Origin: Chloroflexota bacterium
Lineage (GTDB): Bacteria > Chloroflexota > UBA11872 > VXOZ01
DNA: 64,000 nt
Assembly (NCBI GenBank): GCA_963663275.1
Contig: OY760183.1
Location: 1,408,001-1,472,000, forward strand
Direction: 5' to 3'
The translations under genes and the position numbers were made by a program. Shown one piece after another: positions 46,707 through 56,144 of this stretch (position 1 is its first letter; each line of letters opens with the position of its first letter). A model generated the notes under the pieces. The model worked only from the letters and a program-made list of their open reading frames with translations. It was not told where the DNA came from and ran no database searches.

Positions 46707-47531
46707 TTAGCCGCTAGTGCCCGGCGCGGAATACGGTTGAATGAGGCGGGCGGCGCTGAGGGTTTCCAGCGCCCCGCCGCCGCGATATTCGACTGTTCTG
46801 GAATCGACCTTCGTGCAGCCGCTGCCGTCGAAGTAGAGGCGGTCCACCAGGTCGGTGCTGTTGTAGCGGATGCGCACCGAGACCGGCGCGGGCACGGTGT
46901 AGGGCGTGAGTTCGCGGGCGCGCTGCACGGCGCGGCGCGCTTGCGTATGCAGGAGTTCCCGCGCGCGGCGCGGCGAAAGCATGCGCGCGGAGTGGCGTCC
47001 CAGCGCCTGTTTCACTTGCGCCGTCTCCACGTCGCCGAGGAGATTGCGCGCTTCGGCGCAGGCCTTGTCGTCGCCGGTGACCAGTCCTACCGGCACGCCG
47101 TGGGCGCCGGCGATGGCCGCGTCGATCATGATTTCGCCGGCCGGCTGCCCGTTGATCCAAATGTCCTGGTAAGAGGCCGAACTCATGGTGTGGTCGCGCA
47201 CGGCGTCGGCTGTGCCGGACATGGCGTGGTAGCCCACCAGCAGCATCACGTCCGCGTCCTCCAGGAAGGGAAACCGCCGCTGGTGCGCGCCGCCCATGAT
47301 GTAGTCGGCGGACTCGTGCAGTTCTTCATAGACGAAGTTGAAGCCGGAGGCGTGGGCGTCGACCACCAGCACGTCCGTCGCGCCGCCGTCCAGCGCGCCG
47401 CGAATGACGGCGTTGGTGTCGGCCACCAACGAGCGGCGCGCCTCTTGATAGAACAGCCGGCCGTGCAGGAGTTGCTCCGTGATGACGACGCCGCTGATGC
47501 CTTCCATGTCTACGGCAATGTACGCTTTCAC
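46707..47531 (-). CDS. M55 family D-aminopeptidase (DppA-like)
   Basis: DMEGISG, DAH, GYHAM, HTMS and TGDD motifs. Confidence 0.92.
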   Translation of the reverse strand: MKAYIAVDMEGISGVVITEQLLHGRLFYQEARRSLVADTNAVIRGALDGGATDVLVVDAHASGFNFVYEELHESADYIMGGAHQRRFPFLEDADVMLLVGYHAMSGTADAVRDHTMSSASYQDIWINGQPAGEIMIDAAIAGAHGVPVGLVTGDDKACAEARNLLGDVETAQVKQALGRHSARMLSPRRARELLHTQARRAVQRARELTPYTVPAPVSVRIRYNSTDLVDRLYFDGSGCTKVDSRTVEYRGGGALETLSAARLIQPYSAPGTSG

Positions 47532-47614
47532 GCTTGCGCGTCCTTTCCGTTGCGCGTCCAAAGGCCCGGCCCGCCGGGTTGGCGGCCGCGGCCGGGAAGC
47601 GGGGCGGCGGCTTT

Positions 47615-47792
47615 GCGCAGGTTACAAACCTGCGCTACCGTGCGGCGGCTCTGCGCAGGTTGGAAACCTACGCTACCGGGGGGCGGCTCTGCGCAGATTG
47701 GAAACCTACGCTACCGGGCGGCGGTCTTGCACAGGTTACAAACCTGCGCTACCGTGCGGCGGCTCTGCGCAGGTTACAAACCTACGCTACCG
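47615..47792. repeat. Tandem array of 5 GTAG-type REPs, 38-bp period
   Basis: gcgcaggttacaaacctgcgctaccg and variants at 47615, 47653, 47691, 47729 and 47767, with near-identical 12-nt linkers. Confidence 0.9.
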
Positions 47793-48148
47793 GTGTACCG
47801 GTCGCCGCAAGTTATTCGAACTACCGAACCAAAACACACCGCGGGCCGCGCCTTGCCGCGCGCTGAACGGGCAAGGCGAGATTATTATAGTCGTTTTGCG
47901 CGTTTCGCGTAAATGCGCGGGCTCTTGCTGACATGTTCCCCCAACTGTGATACGCTCTCAAAAGAGCGGTACCGTGTGCGGGGAACCGCATAGCAGGTCC
48001 CGCGACGGCGCGGCATACAACGAGAAGCCGGACTCTGGGGCGTTGGACATTGGGTTCGCGGCGGCTGTGACAGCGGAGCGGCGGAATTGGCGGTCGCGAC
48101 GACGGTGAGGAAGGAAAATAACCCACCATGCGAGGCACGAATAGGTCG

Positions 48149-50011
48149 ATGAAGACTCTGCGTCACACACCGGGAGCGCTAGCCCTGCTGGTGTTATTCT
48201 TCATGCTGGCGGCGGCGCCGAGCCACGCCCAGGAGGCTACTACCTTTCCGGCGGCGACGGTCACCGGGAACTTCTACAACGAGACGTTACGGCACAATAT
48301 CCCCAACCTCTTGGTCACGCGGAACAACGAGACGCACAACGTCAACTTTCTCGACCACTATCGTGCCACCGGCGGCCTGATCCGGTGGGGGCATCCCACC
48401 TCCGAGGTAATCGAGGAAGAGACCGGCAACCTGGCGCAGTACTATCAGCGGGGCGTGGTGGACTGGCACTGGCGCGCCGACCTGGGTGGCTACGTGATGG
48501 AGCGCCGCCTGGCGTGGGACTTCTTTGGCGGCGGCGCCGGCGGCAGCTTCGACCAGGGGGTCGAACCGGGCATCCTCAACCCGCACCCGGGCGAGGAAGT
48601 CGGCCCATGGGGGCACAAGGTTTCGGACTTTTCGATCGAGGGCATCTATACCGGTTTCAAGGGGTTCTATGAATCTCTGGGCGGGGTGCAGGCCTTTGGC
48701 TATCCCAAGACCGACGCGCGCATCGACACCAATGCGGACGGCACGCTGCACATCCAAGCGGCGACCCCCGGCTTCATCCGCCAATACTTTCAGTCGGCCG
48801 TGCTGGAATACCACCAGGGGGATGACGACCCGGTCAAGCTGCGGCTGCTGGGCGACGACCTGCGCAACCTGAACTATCCGGGCGATAGCTGGCGATCGTA
48901 TGCGGCGTTCAATGAGGCAACCGCGCTCAGTGAAGGACAGCAGTACGCGGTGCCCCGGGTCGTGCGCGGGCGCACGGGCACGGGACAGCCGGCCCCCGCG
49001 CCGCGGCCGACGGCCGCGCCGCGCGCCACACCCGGCATCGTGCCCACGGCGCCGCCCGGCGTCACGCCTACGCCCATTACCGCGCCCCCAACGATACCCA
49101 CGCCGTCCGGCGTCACCAGCGTATGGTTCGCGACGTACGGCAGAGGTGTTTCGCACTTCAATGGGGCGGAGTGGACGTATGAACGCACCTTCGATTCCGC
49201 GCTCCCCGATGATCGTGTGCTGGACGTCTACATCGACTCGGCCGGCGCGAAGTGGATTGCGACCGAAAACGGCCTGGCGCGGCTGCACAACGGCTCGTGG
49301 ACGGTCTACAATTCGAACACGCGCGGCTTCCCCCCTGGGAACAGGATCACGTCCGTCCATAGCCACGGCGGTCTCCTGTTGATTGGGACCGACGGCAGCG
49401 GCGCGGGCGTGTTCTCCAACAACAGGTGGGAGAGTTTCAGGACCGGCAACGTCTCCGGCATCCCCAGCAACAACGTGCGGGACGTGCTGGTGTACAGCGC
49501 GGAACCGCGGCGGGCGTGGCTGGCTACCGCCAACGGCGTCGCTCGGTATGACGACGGCCAATGGCAGATCTACCGGCAGGCGCAGGGCCTTGCCAGCAAC
49601 GATACCCTGAGTGTGGCAATTGATGGCAACCGTGTGTGGGTAGGCACGAACGGCGCCGGCGTCAGCGTCTACGACGGCACAACCTGGACGACCTACGACA
49701 CGTCCAACTCCAAGATTGCGCATGACACCGTGCGCAGCATCACCGTGGGGCCGGTCGGCCGGGTCTGGCTGGCAACGGACGGCGGCGTCAGCGTCTACGA
49801 CAATTCAAGTGGAACGTGGAAGAGCTACAGCACGTTCAATTCCAGCTTGGTGCACAATAGCGTCTACGACATTGCCGTGGACGAGCGCGGCCGGGTCTGG
49901 ATAGCCACCAACGCCGGCGCGAACCTGCTGGAGGGCGGCCGCTGGACGTCGTTCCAGGTTGCCAATTCGCACATCGGCCACGATAGCCTCCGCGCGGTGG
50001 CCGTAGAGTAA
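48149..50011 (+). CDS. Secreted protein: Chloroflexi-type repeat domain, Pro/Thr linker, regulator-type beta-propeller
   Basis: Signal peptide (..SHA|QE); two GG...(W/F)G(H/Y)P....QY(Y/F)Q repeats; about 7 blades with W.AT..G...(F/Y)DG..W. Confidence 0.8.
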   Translation: MKTLRHTPGALALLVLFFMLAAAPSHAQEATTFPAATVTGNFYNETLRHNIPNLLVTRNNETHNVNFLDHYRATGGLIRWGHPTSEVIEEETGNLAQYYQRGVVDWHWRADLGGYVMERRLAWDFFGGGAGGSFDQGVEPGILNPHPGEEVGPWGHKVSDFSIEGIYTGFKGFYESLGGVQAFGYPKTDARIDTNADGTLHIQAATPGFIRQYFQSAVLEYHQGDDDPVKLRLLGDDLRNLNYPGDSWRSYAAFNEATALSEGQQYAVPRVVRGRTGTGQPAPAPRPTAAPRATPGIVPTAPPGVTPTPITAPPTIPTPSGVTSVWFATYGRGVSHFNGAEWTYERTFDSALPDDRVLDVYIDSAGAKWIATENGLARLHNGSWTVYNSNTRGFPPGNRITSVHSHGGLLLIGTDGSGAGVFSNNRWESFRTGNVSGIPSNNVRDVLVYSAEPRRAWLATANGVARYDDGQWQIYRQAQGLASNDTLSVAIDGNRVWVGTNGAGVSVYDGTTWTTYDTSNSKIAHDTVRSITVGPVGRVWLATDGGVSVYDNSSGTWKSYSTFNSSLVHNSVYDIAVDERGRVWIATNAGANLLEGGRWTSFQVANSHIGHDSLRAVAVE

Positions 50012-50025
50012 AGTCCTCTCTCTCC

Positions 50026-50124
50026 GAACCGTAGCGCGGGGGCTCGTCCCCCGCCGGCGGCGCGGGGCACGATGGAGAGAGCGCGGGTTGCGGGTGAACC
50101 GTAGCGCGGGGGCTCGTCCCCCGC
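50026..50124. repeat. Two GTAG-type REPs GTAGCGCGGGGGCTCGTCCCCCGC
   Basis: Identical copies at 50031 and 50101. Confidence 0.85.
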
Positions 50125-50126
50125 TG

Positions 50127-50266
50127 GAGACTTTTGCATAACTCCGTCATTCCGGCGAAAGCCGGAATCCAGAGCGCATTCACAACCAAAAACGTCATGA
50201 AGTCAAGCCGCTTCACCCCCATCCCAACCTTCCCCCTCGATGGGGAAGGGGTTGTGCAAAGGTCTC
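50127..50266. mobile_element. Type-A1 MITE, empty allele (140 bp)
   Basis: TIRs gagacttttgcataac / gttgtgcaaaggtctc; contains GTCATTCCGGCGAAAGCCGGAATCC and the hairpin ccttcccc-ctcgat-ggggaagg with a single CATCGAG on the minus strand. Confidence 0.85.
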
Positions 50267-50359
50267 CGCCCGGCGCGGCGTCCGACGTCAGTGCGGACGG
50301 GGAATCTACGGCTCCTTGCGGAAGATGAATGACGGCATGAGCGTTCGCTGAACCTGCTG

Positions 50360-51028
50360 ATGCGAGACCCGGTACGGCACCTCAAAGCGCTGGCGTTCGC
50401 GGTGACGGTCTTTCTGATCACGTCATTCGCCCTGGCGCAGGTCTATCCGCAACTCTTTCCCTTCATGCCCTACGTCTGGCCGTACGTAACCGGCGGCTCC
50501 CTGACCTACACCGGCACGGAACTGGAGAGCGCCCCGGCGCCGCCCTTTGCGCTCCGGGACCAGCGCGGCGCGATGGTTTCCCTTGCCGACTGGCGGGAGC
50601 GCATCGTGCTGCTGACTTTCCTCGATCCCCTGTGCACCGACGACTGCCTGTTCATGGCGCAGCAAATCGCCGCAGCCCACGAGCGTCTGGCGGCCGACGG
50701 GGAGGAACTTGTGGTGCTGGCTATAAATGTCAATCCTGAGGCGCAGTCTCCGGAGGCGATGCGCGCCTTTCTCCAAAGCCGGGGGCTTGGCGATGATCCG
50801 GCCTGGCACTTTCTCGGCGGCGAGTGGGAGGCGGTGGCGGAGATCGTGGCGGCGTACCACGTGGTGGCGGGCGCGCCGAAACCGGAGAAGCCGGGCGAGG
50901 TGGCGCACCAGGACGTGGTGTTCCTGATTGACCGGCAGGGCAATCTGCGGGTGCTCATCACCTACCCCACCCCGGTCGGCGCCGCCATGCCGGACGTGAT
51001 CGTGTGGCGGGCGCGGGAACTATGGTAG
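50360..51028 (+). CDS. SCO1/SenC family copper chaperone
   Basis: N-terminal TM helix, CTDDC (CxxxC) and distal His (VAHQDVVFLID). Confidence 0.85.
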   Translation: MRDPVRHLKALAFAVTVFLITSFALAQVYPQLFPFMPYVWPYVTGGSLTYTGTELESAPAPPFALRDQRGAMVSLADWRERIVLLTFLDPLCTDDCLFMAQQIAAAHERLAADGEELVVLAINVNPEAQSPEAMRAFLQSRGLGDDPAWHFLGGEWEAVAEIVAAYHVVAGAPKPEKPGEVAHQDVVFLIDRQGNLRVLITYPTPVGAAMPDVIVWRARELW

Positions 51029-51086
51029 AGCCGCTCGCGATTGACGTTGCCCGGTCGATCTACCCTCACCCCGGCCCTCTCCTCTC

Positions 51087-51383
51087 GTGACCTTTGCAAA
51101 AGCCCCTTCCCATCGAGGGCTGACAGGGGTATGTAAGTGTCATTCCGAGCGGAGCGAGGAATCTAGAGATGCTGAATTTGCAGGGCTGTGTTCTAGATTC
51201 CTCTCTCCGCTGCGCTCCGCTCGGAATGATACGTCAAGGCGATTCAGGATTGCCTACCCCTGTCGGCCCATTGAGGGGGAAGGTAGGAATGGGGGTAAAA
51301 GGGATTGACCCTTGCTATCTTTAGTTGTAATGGCGCCCTGGATTCCGGCTTTCGCCGGAATGACAGAATTATGCAAAAGATTC
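51087..51383. mobile_element. Type-A1 MITE with nested type-B MITE (51118-51268), itself inside a CCCTCTCC..GGGAGAGGG hairpin
   Basis: Ends gtgacctttgcaaaa / ttatgcaaaagattc; flanks CATCGAG / CATTGAG; host hairpin arms at about 51075 and 51387. Confidence 0.85.
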
Positions 51384-51482
51384 TCTGGGAGAGGGAGTTT
51401 CGTTCCGCGCCGGCCGCGGTTTCGCAAGGGTCTCAACTGGATAGCGAACGAGCGCGGGAATTGGTCATTCGCCACTGTCAGG

Positions 51483-52475
51483 TTAGTAGGGCAGTTTCTC
51501 CACGCGCTCGACGACGAACTGCGGCTGGGGTTCGTCTTCCTTGCCGCAAGAGCTTGGGAAGAGGAGCAGGCGCTCGGGCGCTTCCCGGACCGTGACCCGA
51601 TACGACCCCACGGCAGACCCGTCGGACGCGGTGTAAGCCAGCGTCACGGCCGCCGCGCCGTCTTCTCCGCCGCTGACGGCGACTTCGCCATTGGCGACGA
51701 CCTCGCTGCGGACGCGGTGCGCCGTCCACGGCCAATCCTCGGCCAGCAACACCGCGTGCTCGGCGGTCTGTTCCAGGGGCGAGAGGCGTCCCCAGCCGCG
51801 GTACTGGCCTTCCAGCGCGGCAAACGAGCCAGCCCGCGCGATCAGGTTGGGCAGGTCCTCAACGCCTACGTAGGCATAGTAGCGTCCTTCGGGAAGATCG
51901 AGCAGCGTCGGCGCCATGCGGTGGCCGCCCAGGTGGCTGCACCGCCACACGCGCAGCGCGTCCGGCCGCGCGTAACGCTGGCGCAGTTCGCGGTAGACGG
52001 GAAAGCCGAAGGTGGCGCAGCAGCGGTCGCGGCTGCCGTGGTTGCAGACCAGGAGTTCGCGGACATGGCCGGTGTCTTGCGCGTACGCGGCGAAGCGCGC
52101 CAGCGTGTCCGGCGTATAGAGCAGGGCCTCGATCAGCGCCGGCAGTTGGGCGTGCGGAACCAGGTACTCCCGCTTGGCGTACGTGGGGGCCTCGCCGGTG
52201 TGCGCGAAGGAGAAGACGCGGGTCAACCCCGCTTGCGAGTACTCGTCGTCGGGCACGAGGCCGGTGAGGCGCGGCTCGATGCCGTCCCGCACGGCGCGCG
52301 CCAGCAGGTCCCGCACCGGGGCGGGGAACGTGGCGGAATCCGTTACTTCACGCTCCCACGGCAGCGGGCACTCGATTGCCAGGTGCGCCTGGTACGTGGG
52401 CGCCGTGCCAACCGGATGAAACCCCGCCGATTGCGCCACGCGCGAGCAGAACGGCATGGTTGTGGATTGTGCCAC
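51483..52475 (-). CDS. Sucrase/ferredoxin-like (thioredoxin-fold 2Fe-2S) protein
   Basis: LVCNHGSRDRCC and WRCSHLGGHRMAPT motifs. Confidence 0.88.
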   Translation of the reverse strand: MAQSTTMPFCSRVAQSAGFHPVGTAPTYQAHLAIECPLPWEREVTDSATFPAPVRDLLARAVRDGIEPRLTGLVPDDEYSQAGLTRVFSFAHTGEAPTYAKREYLVPHAQLPALIEALLYTPDTLARFAAYAQDTGHVRELLVCNHGSRDRCCATFGFPVYRELRQRYARPDALRVWRCSHLGGHRMAPTLLDLPEGRYYAYVGVEDLPNLIARAGSFAALEGQYRGWGRLSPLEQTAEHAVLLAEDWPWTAHRVRSEVVANGEVAVSGGEDGAAAVTLAYTASDGSAVGSYRVTVREAPERLLLFPSSCGKEDEPQPQFVVERVEKLPY

Positions 52476-52658
52476 TATTAGGGTCCCTTCTGGGTTGGAA
52501 GTGCGAAGGAGCGCGAGTCGCAACGCGGCGCGGGCAACGCCGCCCCCAGGGCCGCCGCAGTCTCCGGCAGCGCGGGTTCGCGCGCGCCGCCGCTGCTACC
52601 ATGCTACACTATCGAGGAATTGAGCGGGGGCATCGCGGCCTCAAGGAGTGCGACGGGC

Positions 52659-53165
52659 GTGAGCACGATAGACCTTCTGCGCGTCGCGCTGTACTGGGCG
52701 CACCTGGTCGCGGCGGTGTTCTGGATCGGCGGCACGTTCTTCTATCTCTTCGTCATCCGGCCCGCGGTGAATACCCCGGAAGCAGCCGCCGGCTGGAAGA
52801 CGATCAGCCACGGCGTCGAGCGGCGGTTTCACGAAATCGTCCAGGTCTGCGTCTGGACGTTCCTGATAACCGGCGCGATCCTCACCTACGACCGCCTGAC
52901 GACGGTGAATCCGGGCCTGGACTATATAGTCGTCCTGGCATTTAAGGTACTATTGGTGGTGTGGATGATCTACGTCTCCGGCGGGCTGCGCCGGGCGGGC
53001 GTCCGCGGAGTGGCGGACGCCGCGCGGCAGGAGCAGCCGGTGGCGCGGAGCGTGTTTAGGCGATTGCGCTCGCCGGTGTTGCAGGTCGCCGTGATTGGCA
53101 GCTTGGTGTTGCTGCTGGCCGAATTGCTCAAAGTCATCGCGGAGAGCGCCCTGCGTTCGCCGTAA
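52659..53165 (+). CDS. CopD-like 4-TM membrane protein
   Basis: HLVAAVFWIGG motif, LITG, LAFKVLLV. Confidence 0.6.
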   Translation: MSTIDLLRVALYWAHLVAAVFWIGGTFFYLFVIRPAVNTPEAAAGWKTISHGVERRFHEIVQVCVWTFLITGAILTYDRLTTVNPGLDYIVVLAFKVLLVVWMIYVSGGLRRAGVRGVADAARQEQPVARSVFRRLRSPVLQVAVIGSLVLLLAELLKVIAESALRSP

Positions 53166-53186
53166 GGAGTCAGGAAACGCTGTCCA

Positions 53187-53642
53187 ATGGCAAATGAGGC
53201 CGCAATCCCCCGCGCGGGCGGCCGGCGCGGGTTCGACGTGAAGATCATGGTGGGCGGCGTCGTCATCCTGTTGGCGGTGGCGTACCTGGTAGTGGCGGCT
53301 TTGCCCTCAGGCACCGCGTACTACATCACGGTGAGCGAGTTGGCCGAGATGGGCGCGCGCGCCCAGACCGAGCAGACGCGCGTCTCCGGCAACGTCGTGC
53401 CCGGCACGATCGTGCGCAGCGCCGAGAGCCAGGACGTGCGCTTCCAGGTGGAGGATGCCAGCGGGCGGTTGACGGTAGTTTACAATGGGCTCGTGCCCGA
53501 CATCTTTGGCGACGAGGCGCAGGTGGTGGTGGAAGGCACGCAGGGCGCGGACGGCGTCTACCACGCCCATACGCTCCTGGCCAAGTGCCCGTCGCGGTTC
53601 GAGGAAGCGCCCGCCAGCGGCGGCAACGCGAAATCCGGCTGA
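53187..53642 (+). CDS. ccmE: Heme chaperone CcmE (Cys-type)
   Basis: YYITVSE, RVSGNV, YNGLVPDIF, VVVEG and LLAKCPSRF. Confidence 0.9.
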   Translation: MANEAAIPRAGGRRGFDVKIMVGGVVILLAVAYLVVAALPSGTAYYITVSELAEMGARAQTEQTRVSGNVVPGTIVRSAESQDVRFQVEDASGRLTVVYNGLVPDIFGDEAQVVVEGTQGADGVYHAHTLLAKCPSRFEEAPASGGNAKSG

Positions 53643-53719
53643 CGGCGGACGATGGCGGAGATTGCGCCGGCCGCGCTGAACTCGTCGTATCGAAACGAGC
53701 AGACCGAGGAGGACAACCG

Positions 53720-54043
53720 ATGATTCTCGCAACGACGGAGCGGATTCCCGGCAAGCGGGTGACCGCGGTGAAGGGCCTGGTGCAGGGCAACACGATTCGC
53801 TCGCGGCACGTGGGACGCGACATCATGGCCTCGCTGAAGAACGTCGTCGGCGGCGAAATCGGCGAGTACACGCAACTCATGACGGAATCGCGCAAGCAGG
53901 CCGCGGACCGGATGGTGGCCGAGGCCGAAAGCCTGGGCGCAAACGCGGTGATCGGCGTCCGGTTCGTGAACGCCGAGGTGATGCAGGGCGCGTCGGAACT
54001 GCTGGCCTACGGCACGGCGGTTGTCGTCGAGGACGAGGAGTAA
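53720..54043 (+). CDS. YbjQ/UPF0145 family protein
   Basis: GRDIMASLKNVVGGE, GANAVIGVRF and LAYGTAV motifs. Confidence 0.92.
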   Translation: MILATTERIPGKRVTAVKGLVQGNTIRSRHVGRDIMASLKNVVGGEIGEYTQLMTESRKQAADRMVAEAESLGANAVIGVRFVNAEVMQGASELLAYGTAVVVEDEE

Positions 54044-54128
54044 GGCGGACGCGCGCACCGATAGAGCATATCTCCATTAGCGCCGCCGCAAGCAGGGCGG
54101 CGCGCTTGCGCCCTGTAGAAGCGACACT

Positions 54129-56144
54129 ATGACCGCCAGCATTGGAACAGCGCTCCTCTTCATCGCCTTCCTGGCGGCGCTCTACGGGGCCGTCGCGTCC
54201 GTGCTCGGCGCGAGGCTGCGGGTGCCGGAACTTGTCGTGAGCGCGCGCAACGCCGTGGTCGCCGTGGCCGCCTTGGTCGCGCTGGCGGCGCTCACCCTCA
54301 TGTACGCCTTCGTGACCCACGACTTCAGCCTGAGGTACGTGGTCGCCCAGTCCACCCGCTCACAGCCGTGGCCGTACCTCTTCAGCGGTTTCTACGGCGG
54401 CCAGGCGGGTTCGCTGCTCTACTGGTCGCTCACGCTGGCGCTGCTCTCGTCGGTGGTTGTCTTGATCCACTTCCGCGGTGACCGGCGGCTCATACCGTAC
54501 GTCATGGCTACGCTCATGGTTATCGAGTCGTTCATCCTGGCGGTGCTCAACTTCATCTCGTCGCCGTTCGAGACCGTATTTCCCGTGCCGCCCGACGGCC
54601 GGGGCCTCAATCCATTGCTGCAAGACCCGGGCATGTTGGTGCACCCGCCTATGCTGCTGGCCGGCTACGTGAGCGTTGCGATTCCCTTCGCCTTCGCCAT
54701 TGCCGCGCTAGTGACCGGGCAGGTGGACAACCGCTGGCTCAAGGCCACACGCCATTGGGCGCTGCTTTCCTGGCTCTTCCTCTCGCTGGGCAACCTGCTG
54801 GGCGCGTGGTGGGCGTACCACGTGCTCGGCTGGGGCGGCTACTGGGGCTGGGATCCGGTGGAGAACGTGGCGATTCTGCCCTGGTTCGCCATGAGCGCCT
54901 ACGTGCACTCGGTGCTGGTGCAAGAGCGGCGGGGGATGCTGAAAGTCTGGAACATGGCGCTGATCATCGTGGCTTTCAATCTGGCAATTTTCGGCACGTT
55001 CGTGGTGCGCAGCGGCATCCTGGCCTCGGTGCACTCGTTTGCCGTATCCGAGATCGGGCCTTACTTCTTCGGATTCCTGGCGGTGAGCCTGATCGTCTCG
55101 CTCACGCTGCTCATGCTGCGGCTGCCGCAATTGCGCGACGAGCACGACTTCGACTCCCTGCTCTCCCGGGAGGCCACGTTTCTCTTCAACAATCTGCTGT
55201 TCGTCGCGGTGATCGTCGTCACCTTTCTCGGCGTGATCTTTCCCCTGCTTTCGGAGGCGCTCCAGGGGAGGCGAATCAACGTCGGCGCGCCGTTCTACCA
55301 GCAGGTGAACGGGCCGTTGCTGCTGGCGGTGGTGGCGCTGATGGGCCTGGGCATGCTGGTGCCCTGGCGGCGCGGCGCGGCGCGGGCGCTGTTGCGCGGG
55401 CTGCGAACCACGCTGGCCGTTTCGGCGCTCATTACGCTTGCCGCGATCGTGCTCGGCGCGCGCTCGCCGTGGACGATTCTGAGTATCGCGGCCTGCGCCT
55501 TCGCGTTCGTGGTTGCCCTGCGGGAGTTTCACCGCACGGCCCTGGCCCTGATGCGCGCCCAGCGCACGCTCTATCCCGCCGCGTTGCTCGCGGTCTTTCG
55601 CTACAACCGCCGCCGCTACGGCGGGTATCTGGTGCACGTGGGCGTGGCGCTCATGGGGCTGGCAATCATCGGTTCCTCCTTCTTCCAGACCGAACGGTCG
55701 GTGAGCATGCGCCCCGGCCAGAGCGTGCAGGTGGGGCAGTACACGGTGGCCTACCAGGGTCTCACCCAGTGGAACGAGCCGGGCAAGAAACGCACGATCG
55801 CGTCGATGCTGGTGCGCAATGGCGGCCAGTCCTTCGAAGTCGCGCCGCAGAAAGTGGAATTCGTGAATTGGGAAGACCAGCCGGTGAGCGAGGTGGTGAT
55901 CAAGACGGTCTATCCGCAACTGGACGACGTGTACGTGGTGATGGCGGCGTTTGGCGAAGACGGCGCGGCGAGTTTCCACATCTTCGTGAATCCGCTCGTA
56001 GCGTTTCTCTGGCTCGGCGGCGCGCTGCTGGTCGTTGGCGGGCTGATCTCCTGGTGGCCGTCCACGGCGCCGGCGGCGGCGTTTGCCCCGGCGACCGGTG
56101 AGTCCCGCGCCGGCCGCCTGGCGCCGGACGCGGCATCGTCATGA
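54129..56144 (+). CDS. ccmF: Heme lyase CcmF
   Basis: GQAGSLL, GLNPLLQ, HPP, WWD domain WGGYWGWDPVEN and RSGILASVHSF. Confidence 0.95.
   Translation: MTASIGTALLFIAFLAALYGAVASVLGARLRVPELVVSARNAVVAVAALVALAALTLMYAFVTHDFSLRYVVAQSTRSQPWPYLFSGFYGGQAGSLLYWSLTLALLSSVVVLIHFRGDRRLIPYVMATLMVIESFILAVLNFISSPFETVFPVPPDGRGLNPLLQDPGMLVHPPMLLAGYVSVAIPFAFAIAALVTGQVDNRWLKATRHWALLSWLFLSLGNLLGAWWAYHVLGWGGYWGWDPVENVAILPWFAMSAYVHSVLVQERRGMLKVWNMALIIVAFNLAIFGTFVVRSGILASVHSFAVSEIGPYFFGFLAVSLIVSLTLLMLRLPQLRDEHDFDSLLSREATFLFNNLLFVAVIVVTFLGVIFPLLSEALQGRRINVGAPFYQQVNGPLLLAVVALMGLGMLVPWRRGAARALLRGLRTTLAVSALITLAAIVLGARSPWTILSIAACAFAFVVALREFHRTALALMRAQRTLYPAALLAVFRYNRRRYGGYLVHVGVALMGLAIIGSSFFQTERSVSMRPGQSVQVGQYTVAYQGLTQWNEPGKKRTIASMLVRNGGQSFEVAPQKVEFVNWEDQPVSEVVIKTVYPQLDDVYVVMAAFGEDGAASFHIFVNPLVAFLWLGGALLVVGGLISWWPSTAPAAAFAPATGESRAGRLAPDAASS

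Noticed and set aside
47615-47792. Possible CRISPR array (5 repeats of 26 bp)
   Set aside because: Linkers are only 12 nt and nearly identical, the repeats vary, the same unit is dispersed elsewhere as a GTAG REP, and no cas genes are present
47930-48130. Possible c-di-AMP riboswitch upstream of the secreted protein (GGGGAACC)
   Set aside because: Other conserved elements (GCTGAAT, GGGGTGAAT) were not found
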